64,000 nt of DNA from Methanobacteriota archaeon (GCA_963719035.1 CAVRAO010000002.1:426846-490845), one strand, 5' to 3'. Counted from the stretch's first letter, positions 1 through 10,976 are shown. Numbers and translations are program-made. The notes: generated from the letters alone by a model not told the origin.

Positions 1-41
1 AAAATGAAGTTTTAAGTGCTGAAACATCCCCTTTTGAGTTT

Positions 42-569
42 TTGTACAAAAAGGAAAGTTTAATAAAGTGCTTACAGTGCGGGAGATGTACAGCGGGATG
101 CCCAGCTGCAAAAGTATTCAGCGACTATAGCCCACGTGAAATCGTTAGGCGTGCACAAGAGTGCACGGCAGACGAGCTCGCAAAAGACCCCCTTATCTGG
201 CTTTGCGGTCAATGTTATACCTGCAATTCTCGATGTCCTCGAAATAACACTCCGGCCTCCATCATACTGAACGCGAGAAACAGAGCGTTCAAAGAGGGAT
301 ACGCACCAGATGAGATCTACAAAAAAGCTTCTTTGCTGCTTCAATCTTTAGAAAGTAACGGCGTAACCGTTTCACCTGAATTGTTCGAGCACGACCTTGG
401 CTTGTTGAGCAAACTCGTCGACCATAATAAGCTCACAACGCTGAGAGCTGAGCTGGGACTGCCTGCTCGAAACTCTCGAGACATACCAGTCCCAGCCAAA
501 GCGCTCAAAGAGATTAGGACCATTTTGAAATTAACTTGTAACAAAGGGGGGCTTTTCAACGACCACTGA
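42..569 (+). CDS. hdrC: heterodisulfide reductase subunit C (HdrC); possibly 5'-incomplete at window edge (TTG start)
   Basis: Two CxxCxxCxxxCP-type 4Fe-4S motifs (CLQCGRCTAGCP; CGQCYTCNSRCP) in 175 aa; immediately upstream of hdrB/hdrA. Confidence 0.8.
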   Translation: MYKKESLIKCLQCGRCTAGCPAAKVFSDYSPREIVRRAQECTADELAKDPLIWLCGQCYTCNSRCPRNNTPASIILNARNRAFKEGYAPDEIYKKASLLLQSLESNGVTVSPELFEHDLGLLSKLVDHNKLTTLRAELGLPARNSRDIPVPAKALKEIRTILKLTCNKGGLFNDH

Positions 570-606
570 TCGGCTAGTCTTAACGTCTTCCAAGCTGCCC
601 CAACGC

Positions 607-1485
607 TTGTACCTGTTCAAGAGTTGTGTCGCGGGGACTTTCTACCCGGGCATAGAACGATCATTCAGGTTCATACTGAATTCTTTAAACGTTGACTACT
701 TCGATGATCCTAACCAATCGTCGTGCACCGGATTTGCAGGGCACTGCGGCGTGGTTCCGCCTGAGGCCAATCTCAGCCTTAATGCCAGAAATCTTGCGCT
801 TGCTTACAATTCAGGGTACACCAATGTCGTCTGCACGTGCCCCACCTCATACGCGAATCTAAAGGAGTGTATTGGCGAACTTGACGACAACAAAACGCGG
901 GCAGCAGTAAACGACGTTTTGAAAGCAGTGAACTACGAGTATAAAGGAGGCGTGACGGTCTATCACGCTGCTGAGGTGCTTTATAGTCTGAAAGAAATCC
1001 TCGCAGAGCGTGCGAAATTCTCTCTTTCTAAGGTTAACATAGCAACGCATCACGGGTGCCATTATACAAAAGTATTTTACGACGAGGTAACTGGCGGGTT
1101 GTGGGAGTATCCTACTTTGCTTGATGAAATATGTGCGGCTTTCTCAGCGACACTCGTCGATTATTCTGAACGATCTTCTTGCTGTGGTCTTGGTTTTTCG
1201 CACCTTATCGGCGTAGACGAGTATACAGAATCAACAAGCTTTAGAAAGCTCGAGAGCGTACTCGCTGAAGAGCCCGACCTTATCGTAACGATGTGTGCTG
1301 GCTGCCAATTAATTCTCGATAGATTTCAGCGCCAGTTCGAAGAACGATTCGATCGGGTCGTACCTGTGTTAAACGTATCGCAACTCGTAGCATTGTTGCT
1401 TGGAGCCGATAAATCAAGAGACGCATGCCTCCAATTTGGGACGATCGATGTAGCTCCACTTGTTGAAAAGATGGAGGCCGTTTGA
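607..1485 (+). CDS. hdrB: heterodisulfide reductase subunit B (HdrB), two CCG (Cys-rich) domains
   Basis: CCG-domain signatures (…SCCGLGFS…, …CAGCQLILDRF…); 292 aa; sits between hdrC and hdrA. Confidence 0.85.
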   Translation: MYLFKSCVAGTFYPGIERSFRFILNSLNVDYFDDPNQSSCTGFAGHCGVVPPEANLSLNARNLALAYNSGYTNVVCTCPTSYANLKECIGELDDNKTRAAVNDVLKAVNYEYKGGVTVYHAAEVLYSLKEILAERAKFSLSKVNIATHHGCHYTKVFYDEVTGGLWEYPTLLDEICAAFSATLVDYSERSSCCGLGFSHLIGVDEYTESTSFRKLESVLAEEPDLIVTMCAGCQLILDRFQRQFEERFDRVVPVLNVSQLVALLLGADKSRDACLQFGTIDVAPLVEKMEAV

Positions 1486-3826
1486 AGTGTCGAAATTCGG
1501 AGTCTTCTTATGTCGATGCGATGGAAACATCTCAAACTCAATCGATATTGATAGGTTAGATAAGGATTTCAAACGCACCAACGTTGTAGACTCGGATCAA
1601 CACCTCTGTTCGCTACAAGGCCAGCAGAAGATCAAGAGATCCATTCACAAACACAACCTCGATGGCGTTGTGATCGCTGCTTGTTCGCCTAACAATCATG
1701 GTAAGACCTTCAGGGGCTGTATACGCGAAGCAGGACTTAACCCGTATCTTCTTGAGATCACAAATATTAGAGAACAATGTTCGTGGGTCACCGATGACAG
1801 AAAGAGCGCTACCAAGAAAGCGCGCGACCTCATCAATGCGTCTCTACAACGGCTCGAGCACGCGGAATCCCTTTCTGAGTTTCGTGTTGACGTTACAAAC
1901 GCCACTCTCGTGGTTGGCGGTGGCATCGCAGGAATCACTGCAGCGCTCGCCTTGGCAGAAAATGGCGTAAAAACGTATTTGGTTGAAAAAGAGCCCTCTA
2001 TTGGAGGCAACACGGTAAGAATCGGAAAAGTTTTTTCGCCACACAAGATGGTGGAAGAGTGCGCGATGTGCTCACTGAGCCCATTAATGAATGATGTTTA
2101 CGAAAATCAAAACATCGAACTCCTCACTGACGCTGAAATTGCCAACATAAACGGAACTGCTGGTCACTTCAACGTCGACGTCAAAATCAAACCACAAAGC
2201 GTTAGTGAACGATGTACGAGCTGCGGGGAGTGTGCGACCGTTTGTCCAATCGAAGTGCCAGATTGGTGGAACGCCAACACACGAAAAAGAAAAGCTATCT
2301 ATAAACCTTTTCCACAGGCCGTCCCTGATAGGTACACGATCGATGCAGAGCACTGTGTCAACTGTGGTAAATGCACAAAGGTATGCAAGTCCGATGCAAT
2401 TGTGCTCGAAGCCGAACCTTCTCTTAGAAAAATAGAAGTCGGAGCTATCGTCATAGCAACGGGCCATGATGAGTTCGATCCAAGTTTGCGGCCTGAATAT
2501 GGCTACGGTCGTTTTAAAGACGTTGTTACTCAGTTAGAGCTCGCTCGGATAATTGGCGTAAATGGGCCTACAAACGGTGAACTCTTAAGACCCTCTGACG
2601 GCACACAGCCCAAGCGAATAGTGATGATACAATGCGTCGGATCGAGGGACGAAAAGCCGAATGGATTGCCGTATTGCTCGTCCGTTTGTTGCATGGTCGC
2701 CCTCAAACATGCTAACTACATCACTGACTATTTTCCGGGAACTGATATAACAGTACTTTATACTGACATTCGAGCTCCGGGAATCTATGAAAACTATTAC
2801 AGGCACGTGCAAGAGAAGGGTGTCAAATTTATCCGCGGACGTGCGAGTGACGTGAAGCGTAAAGCGGACAAATTGTACGTAAGCGTTGAAGATACATTGC
2901 GTGGACAATGCCTCGAACTTGACGCAGACTTGGTGGTCCTTTCAACGGGCATCAAGCCTTCTCAAGGCACGATCCAAGTTGGGGAGACACTCGGTATCGA
3001 ACTAAGTGATGCCTTGTTTGTCAAGGAAAAACACCCAAAACTTGAAGGCGCTAGTACAAACACAAAAGGGATCTATGTATGCGGCACCGCCCAAGGTCCC
3101 AAAGATATCACCTATAGCGTTTTACAAGCAGATGCGGCCGCTCTCGAAGCGCTATCGCTTGTTGGTCAGGACTACGTCTCAATAGAACCGCTTTCGGCCT
3201 TTGTTAAGGATAGCTGCAATGGTTGCGGTATGTGTGTACGGCAGTGCAAGAACAATGCGATAAAGATGGTTGATCGCAGAGCGACGGTCGATCCGATGCT
3301 CTGCACCGGTGGCGGCGCGTGTGTACACGTTTGCCCTACTGCAGCACTTGATTTGCACGGGTGTACGGAAGCCCAACTTGAAGCTTCCATACGTGGAGTC
3401 CTTACAGGCAAGAGCGAAAAAGAGATAAGGAACATAGCGTTCTTAGATTCAAAAATTGGGTACGCAGCAGCTGACAATATTGGCGCAGCACGGCTCCGCT
3501 ACCCCCCTTCTATTCGGATCATAAGTGTGCCATCAGTGTTGCGACTCGCACCTCAACACATTGATCTGGCGTTCCAATTGGGCGCTGATGGCGTTTTTAT
3601 CGGACAAGGGTTCGAAGCCGAAAGTTGCGGTGAAAACTTCGAAAGTGTCGAAACGCGGCTCAACGATTTGAGCAAGAAAATTGTACAGCGTGGGATTGAT
3701 CCCGCGCGATTAAAGATTTACCGCGTTTACATCCCGCACTTTGTGGGCTTGCACAAGCGTCTCATGCAGTTTGATGATAAGATCAAAGAGACTGGGGAGA
3801 TGGAAGAGGAGCTCGCAACGCCTTAA
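1460..3826 (+). CDS. hdrA: heterodisulfide reductase subunit A with C-terminal MvhD-like domain (HdrA-MvhD fusion)
   Basis: N-terminal CxCxxNxxxxxD…, FAD-binding GGGIAGITAA, CVGSRD…YCSSVCC motif, several CxxCxxCxxxCP ferredoxin motifs. The C-terminal ~140 aa resemble MvhD; 788 aa. Confidence 0.85.
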   Translation: MLKRWRPFEVSKFGVFLCRCDGNISNSIDIDRLDKDFKRTNVVDSDQHLCSLQGQQKIKRSIHKHNLDGVVIAACSPNNHGKTFRGCIREAGLNPYLLEITNIREQCSWVTDDRKSATKKARDLINASLQRLEHAESLSEFRVDVTNATLVVGGGIAGITAALALAENGVKTYLVEKEPSIGGNTVRIGKVFSPHKMVEECAMCSLSPLMNDVYENQNIELLTDAEIANINGTAGHFNVDVKIKPQSVSERCTSCGECATVCPIEVPDWWNANTRKRKAIYKPFPQAVPDRYTIDAEHCVNCGKCTKVCKSDAIVLEAEPSLRKIEVGAIVIATGHDEFDPSLRPEYGYGRFKDVVTQLELARIIGVNGPTNGELLRPSDGTQPKRIVMIQCVGSRDEKPNGLPYCSSVCCMVALKHANYITDYFPGTDITVLYTDIRAPGIYENYYRHVQEKGVKFIRGRASDVKRKADKLYVSVEDTLRGQCLELDADLVVLSTGIKPSQGTIQVGETLGIELSDALFVKEKHPKLEGASTNTKGIYVCGTAQGPKDITYSVLQADAAALEALSLVGQDYVSIEPLSAFVKDSCNGCGMCVRQCKNNAIKMVDRRATVDPMLCTGGGACVHVCPTAALDLHGCTEAQLEASIRGVLTGKSEKEIRNIAFLDSKIGYAAADNIGAARLRYPPSIRIISVPSVLRLAPQHIDLAFQLGADGVFIGQGFEAESCGENFESVETRLNDLSKKIVQRGIDPARLKIYRVYIPHFVGLHKRLMQFDDKIKETGEMEEELATP

Positions 3827-3845
3827 GCCGATGCCATAAAATTTC

Positions 3846-5120
3846 ATGTCAAAATCAAACGCGCCCATAAGAAGCATAGACGAGATTAACGCCAAGATAA
3901 GAGCCGGAGAAGTCACAGTTTGCACTGCCTCCGAGTTTTGCAACAGGGTGCGGGCTCACGACGAACTGAATGAAGTAGACGTAGTTACCAGCGGCACGAT
4001 GGGCATTATGAGCGGAACCTACGCTACCTTGTCTTTTCGCGCCACGGCCCCAAATGTCTTCGAGACGGCCCAAATGGCGTGGCTCAATGATGTGCCAGCT
4101 ACCGTTGGTCCATGTCCGAACGAACGGCTCGGGTTGCTTGATTTGATGGTTTATGGGCCTACAGTGAGCCGGAGCGATACCAAATATGGGGGGGGCCATC
4201 TTTTTCGCGATATTGTGAAAGGGAACGATATCGACTTTGAAGTGCTAACAACGATGGGGCAGCTCATAAAGGGACAAACTAACCTTCAAGAGATGCAATT
4301 TGCGAGGCTCTCAGCTACTCGAAACGTTTTTAAGAATTATAATGCATTCGTTAACCCCAACGACGGTTGCGTCAAGTCCATTTTTTCTGTTACGTGTCTT
4401 GAGGGGCCATATAAAGAAGCAAGCTTCTGTGGATGCGGAGAGCTCAATCCTTTAGAGAAAGACCCTCACTTCGAAACTATCGGAGTTGGCACGAAAGCCC
4501 TGTTCAATGGTGCTGTAGGCTTCGTGACAGGGACGGGAACCCGTAGCTCTGCTCAGAAGCCGAACCTTTCAGGATATGCACCGCTAGAGGGTATGAACCC
4601 GAAATATGTTGGTGGCTTTAATACATCCGCAGGTCCCGACGTGTTCTGTTCGTGGGCAATCCCTATTCCAATTCTTAATACATCTATTCTTGAGCACGCA
4701 AGCCGGACAGATGATCAGATCCCCCTGCCAATCGTTGATGTGAATGGGCGCAAGCCGCTTGGTTATGCACGATACAGCGACGTCTGGCAGAAAGAATATG
4801 GGCGGATACGTTACTCAAAGAAAGAGTGCGCGAGTTGCGAAGAGTGTCAAGTCGCGAAGAATTGTCCAACCGCGGCATTCAAACCGAATGAAGGAATTGA
4901 TCGTAAAGAATGCGTGCGGTGCGGTGCTTGCTTATTCTCGTGTCCGTATGGCGCTCTCAAAGGTAATCTGGGTGCTATCGATCTAAATGGGCAACAGATT
5001 CCAGTAACGCTGAGACAATCAGATCGATACAATGCAGACAAACTGACGCGAGAGCTCAAAAAGAAGATCGAGCAGGGTGAGTTTCTGCTGAGTACGCCAG
5101 TGCAAAATATCAAACTCTAG
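3846..5120 (+). CDS. COG1900/DUF39-family protein with C-terminal 2x[4Fe-4S] ferredoxin domain (methanogenesis-marker-16-like metalloprotein)
   Basis: 424 aa; C-terminal CASCEECQVAKNCP / CVRCGACLFSCP ferredoxin motifs; directly follows hdrCBA. Family assignment is from memory of the domain architecture, not a search. Confidence 0.45.
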   Translation: MSKSNAPIRSIDEINAKIRAGEVTVCTASEFCNRVRAHDELNEVDVVTSGTMGIMSGTYATLSFRATAPNVFETAQMAWLNDVPATVGPCPNERLGLLDLMVYGPTVSRSDTKYGGGHLFRDIVKGNDIDFEVLTTMGQLIKGQTNLQEMQFARLSATRNVFKNYNAFVNPNDGCVKSIFSVTCLEGPYKEASFCGCGELNPLEKDPHFETIGVGTKALFNGAVGFVTGTGTRSSAQKPNLSGYAPLEGMNPKYVGGFNTSAGPDVFCSWAIPIPILNTSILEHASRTDDQIPLPIVDVNGRKPLGYARYSDVWQKEYGRIRYSKKECASCEECQVAKNCPTAAFKPNEGIDRKECVRCGACLFSCPYGALKGNLGAIDLNGQQIPVTLRQSDRYNADKLTRELKKKIEQGEFLLSTPVQNIKL

Positions 5121-5306
5121 TTGACTAACGTATTTCATCGTTTGCTTTTTTGTGCCTCTAATGTATATTAACGCCGAGCTCAAGGTCGACAAAGCCTGAC
5201 AAGCCCCGAGAGCTTGGTGAAAAAAGATCCATTGCAGTTGCAGAAAGAGCGATAACACGTCTTAGTGAATAGAAGTAATATAGGGTTACAGCATACTCAA
5301 TACGAA

Positions 5307-5380
5307 GGGGCCATAGGGTAGCCTGGTTATCCTTGGGGACTGGGGGTCCTCAGACCCGAGTTCAAATCTCGGTGGCCCCA
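5307..5380 (+). tRNA. tRNA-Pro (anticodon GGG), no encoded CCA
   Basis: Manual fold: 7-bp acceptor GGGGCCA/TGGCCCC, anticodon stem GGGGA/TCCTC with loop CTGGGGG, T-arm CCGAG-TTCAAAT-CTCGG, discriminator A. Confidence 0.75.
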
Positions 5381-5594
5381 CTGCTTAAATCTCACATTAA
5401 CTGAGGGAGGTCGCCCCTGCAAAAGTTATTAAATAGCGCGCGCAACATAAAGAAGTATAGAATCTAGAGATTGCCAGCAGCGTTTTATGTGCATTTAAAG
5501 GTGCTCCCGATTTGGATTGAGCATTGCAGACGCAACATATTTTGCTAATTTATTGAATCACAGAAGATCTGTTTAGGAGCAAAAAAAGTGCCGA

Positions 5595-6629
5595 TTGGGA
5601 TTACAACTGTACGGCGTGTACATACCCCGATACAGGATCAGAGTCGAAGAGATTGCACGAGTGTGGGGAGATGACCCCAACGACATTAAAAAAGGATTGC
5701 GCGTTTTAGAAAAATCAGTCCCAGACCGAGATGAAGATACTGCTACCATCGCGGTCGAAGCTGCTCGCTCAGCCCTACGTCGATCTGGCTTAGAGGGTGC
5801 TGACATTGGAGCGATATATGTCGGCAGCGAATCTCACCCTTATGCGGTCAAACCGACGGCGACGATCGTTGCTGAAGCGGTTCGGGCAACACCAGAGCTT
5901 ATGGCTGCTGACTTTGAATTCGCGTGCAAAGCGGGAACTGCTGCAATACAGACGTGCTTAGGGCTGGTCGCTGCTGATTACATCAAATACGGCATGGCGA
6001 TAGGAGCGGACACCTCTCAAGGAGCGCCCGCAGATGCCCTTGAATATACCGCAGCCGCAGGTGGTGCAGCTTACGTCATAGGAAAGAACCACGTCATTGC
6101 TGAAATTGAGGACACATATTCATTCACAACTGACACATTTGACTTTTGGAGGCGCGAAGGCCAGCAATATCCAAAGCACGGGGGGAGGTTTACGGGTGAG
6201 CCGGGCTATTTCAAGCACGTTTTGGCAGGAGCGCGAGGATTGCTGGAAAAGACACACAGCACACCAGAGGACTTCGACTATGTGGTCTTTCATCAACCAA
6301 ACGGCAAGTTCCCACGCTCGGTTGCCTCTACGCTTGGTTTTTCACAAGATCAGCTAAAACAAGGTCTCGTGGTAGAACGATTGGGCAATGCATACTCCGG
6401 GTCAGCGCTGATTGGATTAGCGTCGGTGCTAGATGTTGCTGAACCTGGGAGTCGCATCTTTATGACCGCGTTTGGATCGGGGGCGGGCAGTGATTCGTTC
6501 ACCATTAAGGTGACAAAGGAGATCAGCAGTATCCAAGGTCTTGCTCCAACTGTCGCAGAGCTGCTTGAAGCCCCAATTTATCTAGATTATGCACTTTACG
6601 CTAAACACAAGAATAAGATAGTGCTCTAA
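5595..6629 (+). CDS. hydroxymethylglutaryl-CoA synthase (archaeal type); non-ATG (TTG) start likely
   Basis: 344 aa; N-terminal …GVYIPRYRI…, catalytic-Cys region, thiolase-fold HMGCS signatures; followed by thiolase and DUF35 (the classic archaeal trio). Confidence 0.85.
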   Translation: MGLQLYGVYIPRYRIRVEEIARVWGDDPNDIKKGLRVLEKSVPDRDEDTATIAVEAARSALRRSGLEGADIGAIYVGSESHPYAVKPTATIVAEAVRATPELMAADFEFACKAGTAAIQTCLGLVAADYIKYGMAIGADTSQGAPADALEYTAAAGGAAYVIGKNHVIAEIEDTYSFTTDTFDFWRREGQQYPKHGGRFTGEPGYFKHVLAGARGLLEKTHSTPEDFDYVVFHQPNGKFPRSVASTLGFSQDQLKQGLVVERLGNAYSGSALIGLASVLDVAEPGSRIFMTAFGSGAGSDSFTIKVTKEISSIQGLAPTVAELLEAPIYLDYALYAKHKNKIVL

Positions 6630-6658
6630 GGGTTAACCATACAACAAAACGATTTACG

Positions 6659-7822
6659 ATGAGAGAAGTAGCCATCGTCGGTATAGGATGCACAAAATTC
6701 GGCGAAATGTGGGATAAAAGCTTTCGCGACCTGTTTATCGAAGCAGGCTTGATGGCTCTTGCAGATGCCCGAGTGAGCGGTGCGCAGATAGAGGCACTTT
6801 ATGGCGGAAACATGAGCTCAGGAATATTCCTCGAGCAAGAGCACGTCGGGGCGCTTATCGCAGACTATTCCGGACTTACTGCAAATAATGTGCCAAGCAC
6901 CCGGGTGGAAGCGGCGTGTGCCTCAGGGGGCCTCGCGCTGCGGAGCGGGATAATCGCGGTCGCTTCAGGCTACCACGACGTCGTCATCTCAGCGGGTATA
7001 GAAAAGATGACCGACATCGGCGCGGAAAAAGCAATGGATGCGCTCGCGGCCGCTGCTGACAGGGAGTGGGAGGCTGCAGTCGGCGCTACTTTCCCTGGGC
7101 TGTATGCCATGATGGCCCGGGCGCATATGCATGAATTTGGGACCACGCGAGAGCAGCTCGCCCAAGTCGCCGTCAAAAACCATTACAACGGTTCGATGAA
7201 CCCTCGAGCACAATTCAGAAACAGAATCACGATAGAAACGGTAATCAATTCGCCACTCGTCGCTGATCCTCTTAGGCTTTTTGACTGCAGTCCTATAACG
7301 GATGGCGCAGCTGCCGTCGTATTAGTTCCTGCCGCAAGGGCGAAAGAATTCACAGACACACCTATTTATATCAAAGCAGCCGCTCAAGCAAGCGATAGTA
7401 TCTCTTTGCACGACCGAAGGAGCTTGACAAGCATAGACGCGACTACCGTTGCAGCGGATCGTGCCTTCAAGATGACAAAGCTGCAAAGGTCAAAAATAGA
7501 CGTGGCTGAAGTACATGACTGCTTTACTATCGCTGAAATAATGGCAATTGAAGATCTAGGATTCTTCGAAAAGGGGGCAGGTGGCCCTGCAACAATTGCA
7601 GGCGAGACGGCTATTGGTGGTAAGATTCCAATTAATACGAGTGGTGGGCTAAAGGCTTGTGGGCATCCCGTCGGTGCTACAGGGGTCAAGCAAGCTGTAG
7701 AGATCGTTGAGCAACTCAGAGGCGATGCCGGAAAAAGGCAGGTTGATGGAGCTGAAGTTGGGTTAACCCACAACGTTGGCGGCACAGGTGGCACTGTAGT
7801 CGTCCATATTCTAGCGAGGTGA
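6659..7822 (+). CDS. acetyl-CoA acetyltransferase (archaeal thiolase)
   Basis: 387 aa thiolase fold (…GIGCTKFGE…, …CASGG…, C-terminal …[17 protein letters not shown]…). Confidence 0.85.
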   Translation: MREVAIVGIGCTKFGEMWDKSFRDLFIEAGLMALADARVSGAQIEALYGGNMSSGIFLEQEHVGALIADYSGLTANNVPSTRVEAACASGGLALRSGIIAVASGYHDVVISAGIEKMTDIGAEKAMDALAAAADREWEAAVGATFPGLYAMMARAHMHEFGTTREQLAQVAVKNHYNGSMNPRAQFRNRITIETVINSPLVADPLRLFDCSPITDGAAAVVLVPAARAKEFTDTPIYIKAAAQASDSISLHDRRSLTSIDATTVAADRAFKMTKLQRSKIDVAEVHDCFTIAEIMAIEDLGFFEKGAGGPATIAGETAIGGKIPINTSGGLKACGHPVGATGVKQAVEIVEQLRGDAGKRQVDGAEVGLTHNVGGTGGTVVVHILAR

Positions 7823-7826
7823 CTGG

Positions 7827-8216
7827 ATGACCGTCCCACGTTTTTGGAGAGAAATTCCGAATAGGTATAATCTTGTCGGCACAAAATGTGAAAATTGTAA
7901 CACCTACTACTTCCCTCCACGAACTATATGCCCTCCGTGCAGGCGGAAAGGATGGATTCGAGAATATGCATTCGAAGGCAGCGGAGAAATTGTGACGTAT
8001 ACTACAATATACACAGCTCCCGAAAGTTTCACCAAGATGACCCCTTACGTTCTAGCTATCGTCCAACTCGATGAAGGGCCTAAACTCACAGCTCAAATCG
8101 TTTGCGATCCGTCAGAAGTCAAGATTGGCGCGCGGGTTAGATCAGTATTTAGAAAACTTGGAGAGGACGGACCCGACGGCGTGATCTATTACGGCACGAA
8201 ATTCACGCTTGCTTGA
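7827..8216 (+). CDS. DUF35 OB-fold/zinc-ribbon scaffold protein of the thiolase/HMGCS complex
   Basis: 129 aa; CxxC…CxxC zinc ribbon (CENCNTYYFPPRTICPPCRRKG) followed by an OB-fold; conserved position after thiolase. Confidence 0.8.
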   Translation: MTVPRFWREIPNRYNLVGTKCENCNTYYFPPRTICPPCRRKGWIREYAFEGSGEIVTYTTIYTAPESFTKMTPYVLAIVQLDEGPKLTAQIVCDPSEVKIGARVRSVFRKLGEDGPDGVIYYGTKFTLA

Positions 8217-8380
8217 AAGTTCTCTCTTTACCATTTCTCACCTGAAAGCTTTTTTAAATAGATATTTTTGAATAATAAGTCGCGTCAAAAGTGACAGCGT
8301 TTTTCACAGCTTCAGCGACAACCGCTACTGCAGCCAAGTGAATCAAAGTCAATTGAGCTCTGATTGAGCAGGTTTTGTCT

Positions 8381-9580
8381 TTACCGACCGAGAGTTGCAT
8401 GCGCTCTCGCGAGGTGGTGAGTAGCAAGCGCAGCTAAAAGAGAGAGTTCCCCAGCAAGCACAGCGCAACAGGCTATCTCAGCGAATTTTTTGGCGTGGGT
8501 TCCCGGTGGCGTCCCCCCACCTGCTACGTTCATAATTGATAAACACTCTTGCTGCGTTTTGACGGTCGTTCCTCCCCCTACTGTGCCAACGGGTAATGAA
8601 GGAATGCTCACTGACGCGTAGAGTTCATCTCCGCGCGTAGAGAGACTTGTTATTGCCGTTGACGCCTCAACTACATGGGCAGCATCCTGACCGGTTGCAA
8701 TAAATATCGCAGCAACAACATTTGCTGCATGGGCGTTGAATCCTAGCGATCCGGCTTTAATAGACCCCAGCACGTTTTTTCGATAATGAACATCCGACAT
8801 GCTTTCAGGTGTCGTTTTCAGCGCACGCTTGAGAACGTCGCGAGGTATAGAAATTTCAGCAATGACATTTTTGCCTCGGCCTTCAATTAAGTTTAAGGCC
8901 GCGGGTTTCTTGTCTATGCACATATTGCCCGAAAGTGCAACGAGCCGTATGTTAAGCTCATCCACGATAACGTCAGCAAGTCGGTCAGTAGCAATCGTGA
9001 CCATATTCATACCAAGGGCGTCTTTGGTGTCAAACGCGCACCGTAAGAAGACGTTATCAGCTACGACATAAGGGTCTATCCTGATGAGTCTGCCGTGCTT
9101 AGTGGTCCCCTCTGTTGCTTTTTGCAGCTTAGCAAAGTTGGCTGGTTTTTTGACCCACTCAACAACGCGCTGCGCTTCACCTATATCACTAACTGCAAAG
9201 ACTGGAGCGCGAGTCATTTCATCGTTGAGAATACGAACGCACGCGCCGCCAGCTTCCGTTATCGCCTTACAGCCCCTGTTCACAGACGCGACAAGGGCCC
9301 CCTCAGTCGTAGCTAAAGGCACATAAAACTCCCCGTTAGCATATTGACCCGCAACACCTAAAGGCCCAGCAATGCCAACGGGCACTTGAACGGCCCCGAT
9401 CATGTTTTCTATGTTACGTTTTGAGGACGATTCAGCATCTATAACGTACGCGCTTATTCCGCCTAAGTCAGCGCCAGTCAGCTTTTCGACCGCCTTGCGC
9501 CTGATTTCGACGGCCTCGGAGGCGGGAAGGTCAACCTGATGCATTCCTAACTTACCCGCTATTATTTTATTAACAAGCAA
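8381..9580 (-). CDS. 3-hydroxy-3-methylglutaryl-CoA reductase (class I)
   Basis: 399 aa; HMGR signatures (…VPLATTEGALVAS…, …DAMGMNMV…, …GTVGG…). Confidence 0.85.
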   Translation of the reverse strand: MLVNKIIAGKLGMHQVDLPASEAVEIRRKAVEKLTGADLGGISAYVIDAESSSKRNIENMIGAVQVPVGIAGPLGVAGQYANGEFYVPLATTEGALVASVNRGCKAITEAGGACVRILNDEMTRAPVFAVSDIGEAQRVVEWVKKPANFAKLQKATEGTTKHGRLIRIDPYVVADNVFLRCAFDTKDALGMNMVTIATDRLADVIVDELNIRLVALSGNMCIDKKPAALNLIEGRGKNVIAEISIPRDVLKRALKTTPESMSDVHYRKNVLGSIKAGSLGFNAHAANVVAAIFIATGQDAAHVVEASTAITSLSTRGDELYASVSIPSLPVGTVGGGTTVKTQQECLSIMNVAGGGTPPGTHAKKFAEIACCAVLAGELSLLAALATHHLARAHATLGR

Positions 9581-9763
9581 CTCCGCATCTCTAATGGAGA
9601 GTCCCCCTCTAGTTTGTGCCAGCCAGTACTTCAGACGAAAACATGGCGCCTATAGTGAATAAGCCTAAAAGCTTGTTTTTTAGCCTCTGTCTGAGCTTAA
9701 CGGCGTCATCCTTCGACTCAAAATATTTATAGAGTAACCTAGTATATAAATGTGAATTTCGAT

Positions 9764-9860
9764 GCCTCAGTGGCTAAGCCTGGTATAGCGCGTCCTTGGT
9801 ACGTTTCTACAATCGAACACAGAAAGGACGAGGTCGCGGATTCGAATTCCGCCTGAGGCT
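9764..9860 (+). tRNA. tRNA-Thr (anticodon GGT) with ~23-nt intron at canonical 37/38 position
   Basis: Manual fold: acceptor GCCTCAG/CTGAGGC, D-stem GCTA/TAGC, anticodon stem CGTCC/GGACG with loop TTGGTA. Intron CGTTTCTACAATCGAACACAGAA precedes nt38; T-arm GCGGA-TTCGAAT-TCCGC. Confidence 0.7.
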
Positions 9861-9890
9861 TTTTCTTCGTCCTAAAAAAATGCTAAAACC

Positions 9891-10793
9891 ATGTTCATAG
9901 GCGTTGACCACGGCACCCAAGCTGTTCGTTTTGCCACCCTAGATAACAGAAAGCTTGAACTTCCGAGAGAGAACATAGTCGAATCTTCCGTCATAAACGA
10001 TGTCGAAGAGGGGTTAAATCTCAAACTTGAGTTCGTCAACCTTATTGGTCTCACGTACTCTATGGGAGACGGTATTACCAACATCACTAACATCAAAAAG
10101 GTCAGCAACAGGGGCCTCAAAGCTTCCGGCGGAGCCGGAACTTATGTTGGGGGAGGTACAGCGGTCTATGATGCGATTTACAGTTCGGATGCGCCTGCTA
10201 TCGTATTGCCGGGAATCCACGATGAGTCAAATATAGACTCTCGAATGAAGTTCTTCTCTCACGGTGCTTCACCAGAAAAAGTTGGCTTGGCCTACTACGC
10301 CTTAAAGCATCACAATGAACAAGACTTCATTCTTTGCGACATAAGTTCGAACACGGTATCTCTCGCCGTCGCTGAATCGCGTATCATCGGAGCAATTGAT
10401 GCTGCAATATTTGCCCCTGGAGTTGTGCAAGGGCCATTGGACCTCCAAGCGATAAGGGACGTTGACAGCGGATTTATGACCGCTAACGAAGCTTTTTCTC
10501 ACGGCGGTCTTTTAAAACGTCACCTTGATGAGAGCGGTATGATAGAGACCTTAGCATTGTTTGCAGCTATGGAGATCAGCGCATTGCAGGTTCTCCTGCG
10601 CGATTATACGACAGATGGCTCGATATTCTTGGCGGGTTCCGCATCGCCTAACATTAAGGATCTGTTGGAAGAGCACCTTAGCATTCCTTCAATTGTACTT
10701 GAGCCTTGGAGCGCTGCAAAGGGTTGCGCCACTGTCGCCAAAGACGTATGGGAGGGCGCCTCCGACATTTTAGGGATCCCGGTCGATCTCTGA
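9891..10793 (+). CDS. ASKHA-superfamily (sugar-kinase/Hsp70/actin fold) protein, function unknown (possibly an H4MPT-linked C1-pathway or methanogenesis-marker-like ATPase)
   Basis: 300 aa; N-terminal MFIGVDHGTQ… phosphate-1-like motif; no specific family recognised. Confidence 0.3.
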   Translation: MFIGVDHGTQAVRFATLDNRKLELPRENIVESSVINDVEEGLNLKLEFVNLIGLTYSMGDGITNITNIKKVSNRGLKASGGAGTYVGGGTAVYDAIYSSDAPAIVLPGIHDESNIDSRMKFFSHGASPEKVGLAYYALKHHNEQDFILCDISSNTVSLAVAESRIIGAIDAAIFAPGVVQGPLDLQAIRDVDSGFMTANEAFSHGGLLKRHLDESGMIETLALFAAMEISALQVLLRDYTTDGSIFLAGSASPNIKDLLEEHLSIPSIVLEPWSAAKGCATVAKDVWEGASDILGIPVDL

Positions 10794-10976
10794 CCGAACT
10801 GATCATACATCGCTTTAACAACAAAGCATCCAGTCGCACCTCTTAAACTGCGGAAACTGATCAAATAATTGTTTCAAATTACTCGAAATCGTTAAAAGAG
10901 CGTTTATATCACAAGACAACGTTAGAAAAAATTAAAGCAGATTGAACGTCTAAAGATGAGCAATGGAGGCCATTAA

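Noticed and set aside
8799-9326. Three + strand ORFs (90, 80, 73 aa) inside the HMG-CoA reductase locus
   Set aside because: Antisense to a confidently identified gene; Ser/Ala-rich translations with no features.
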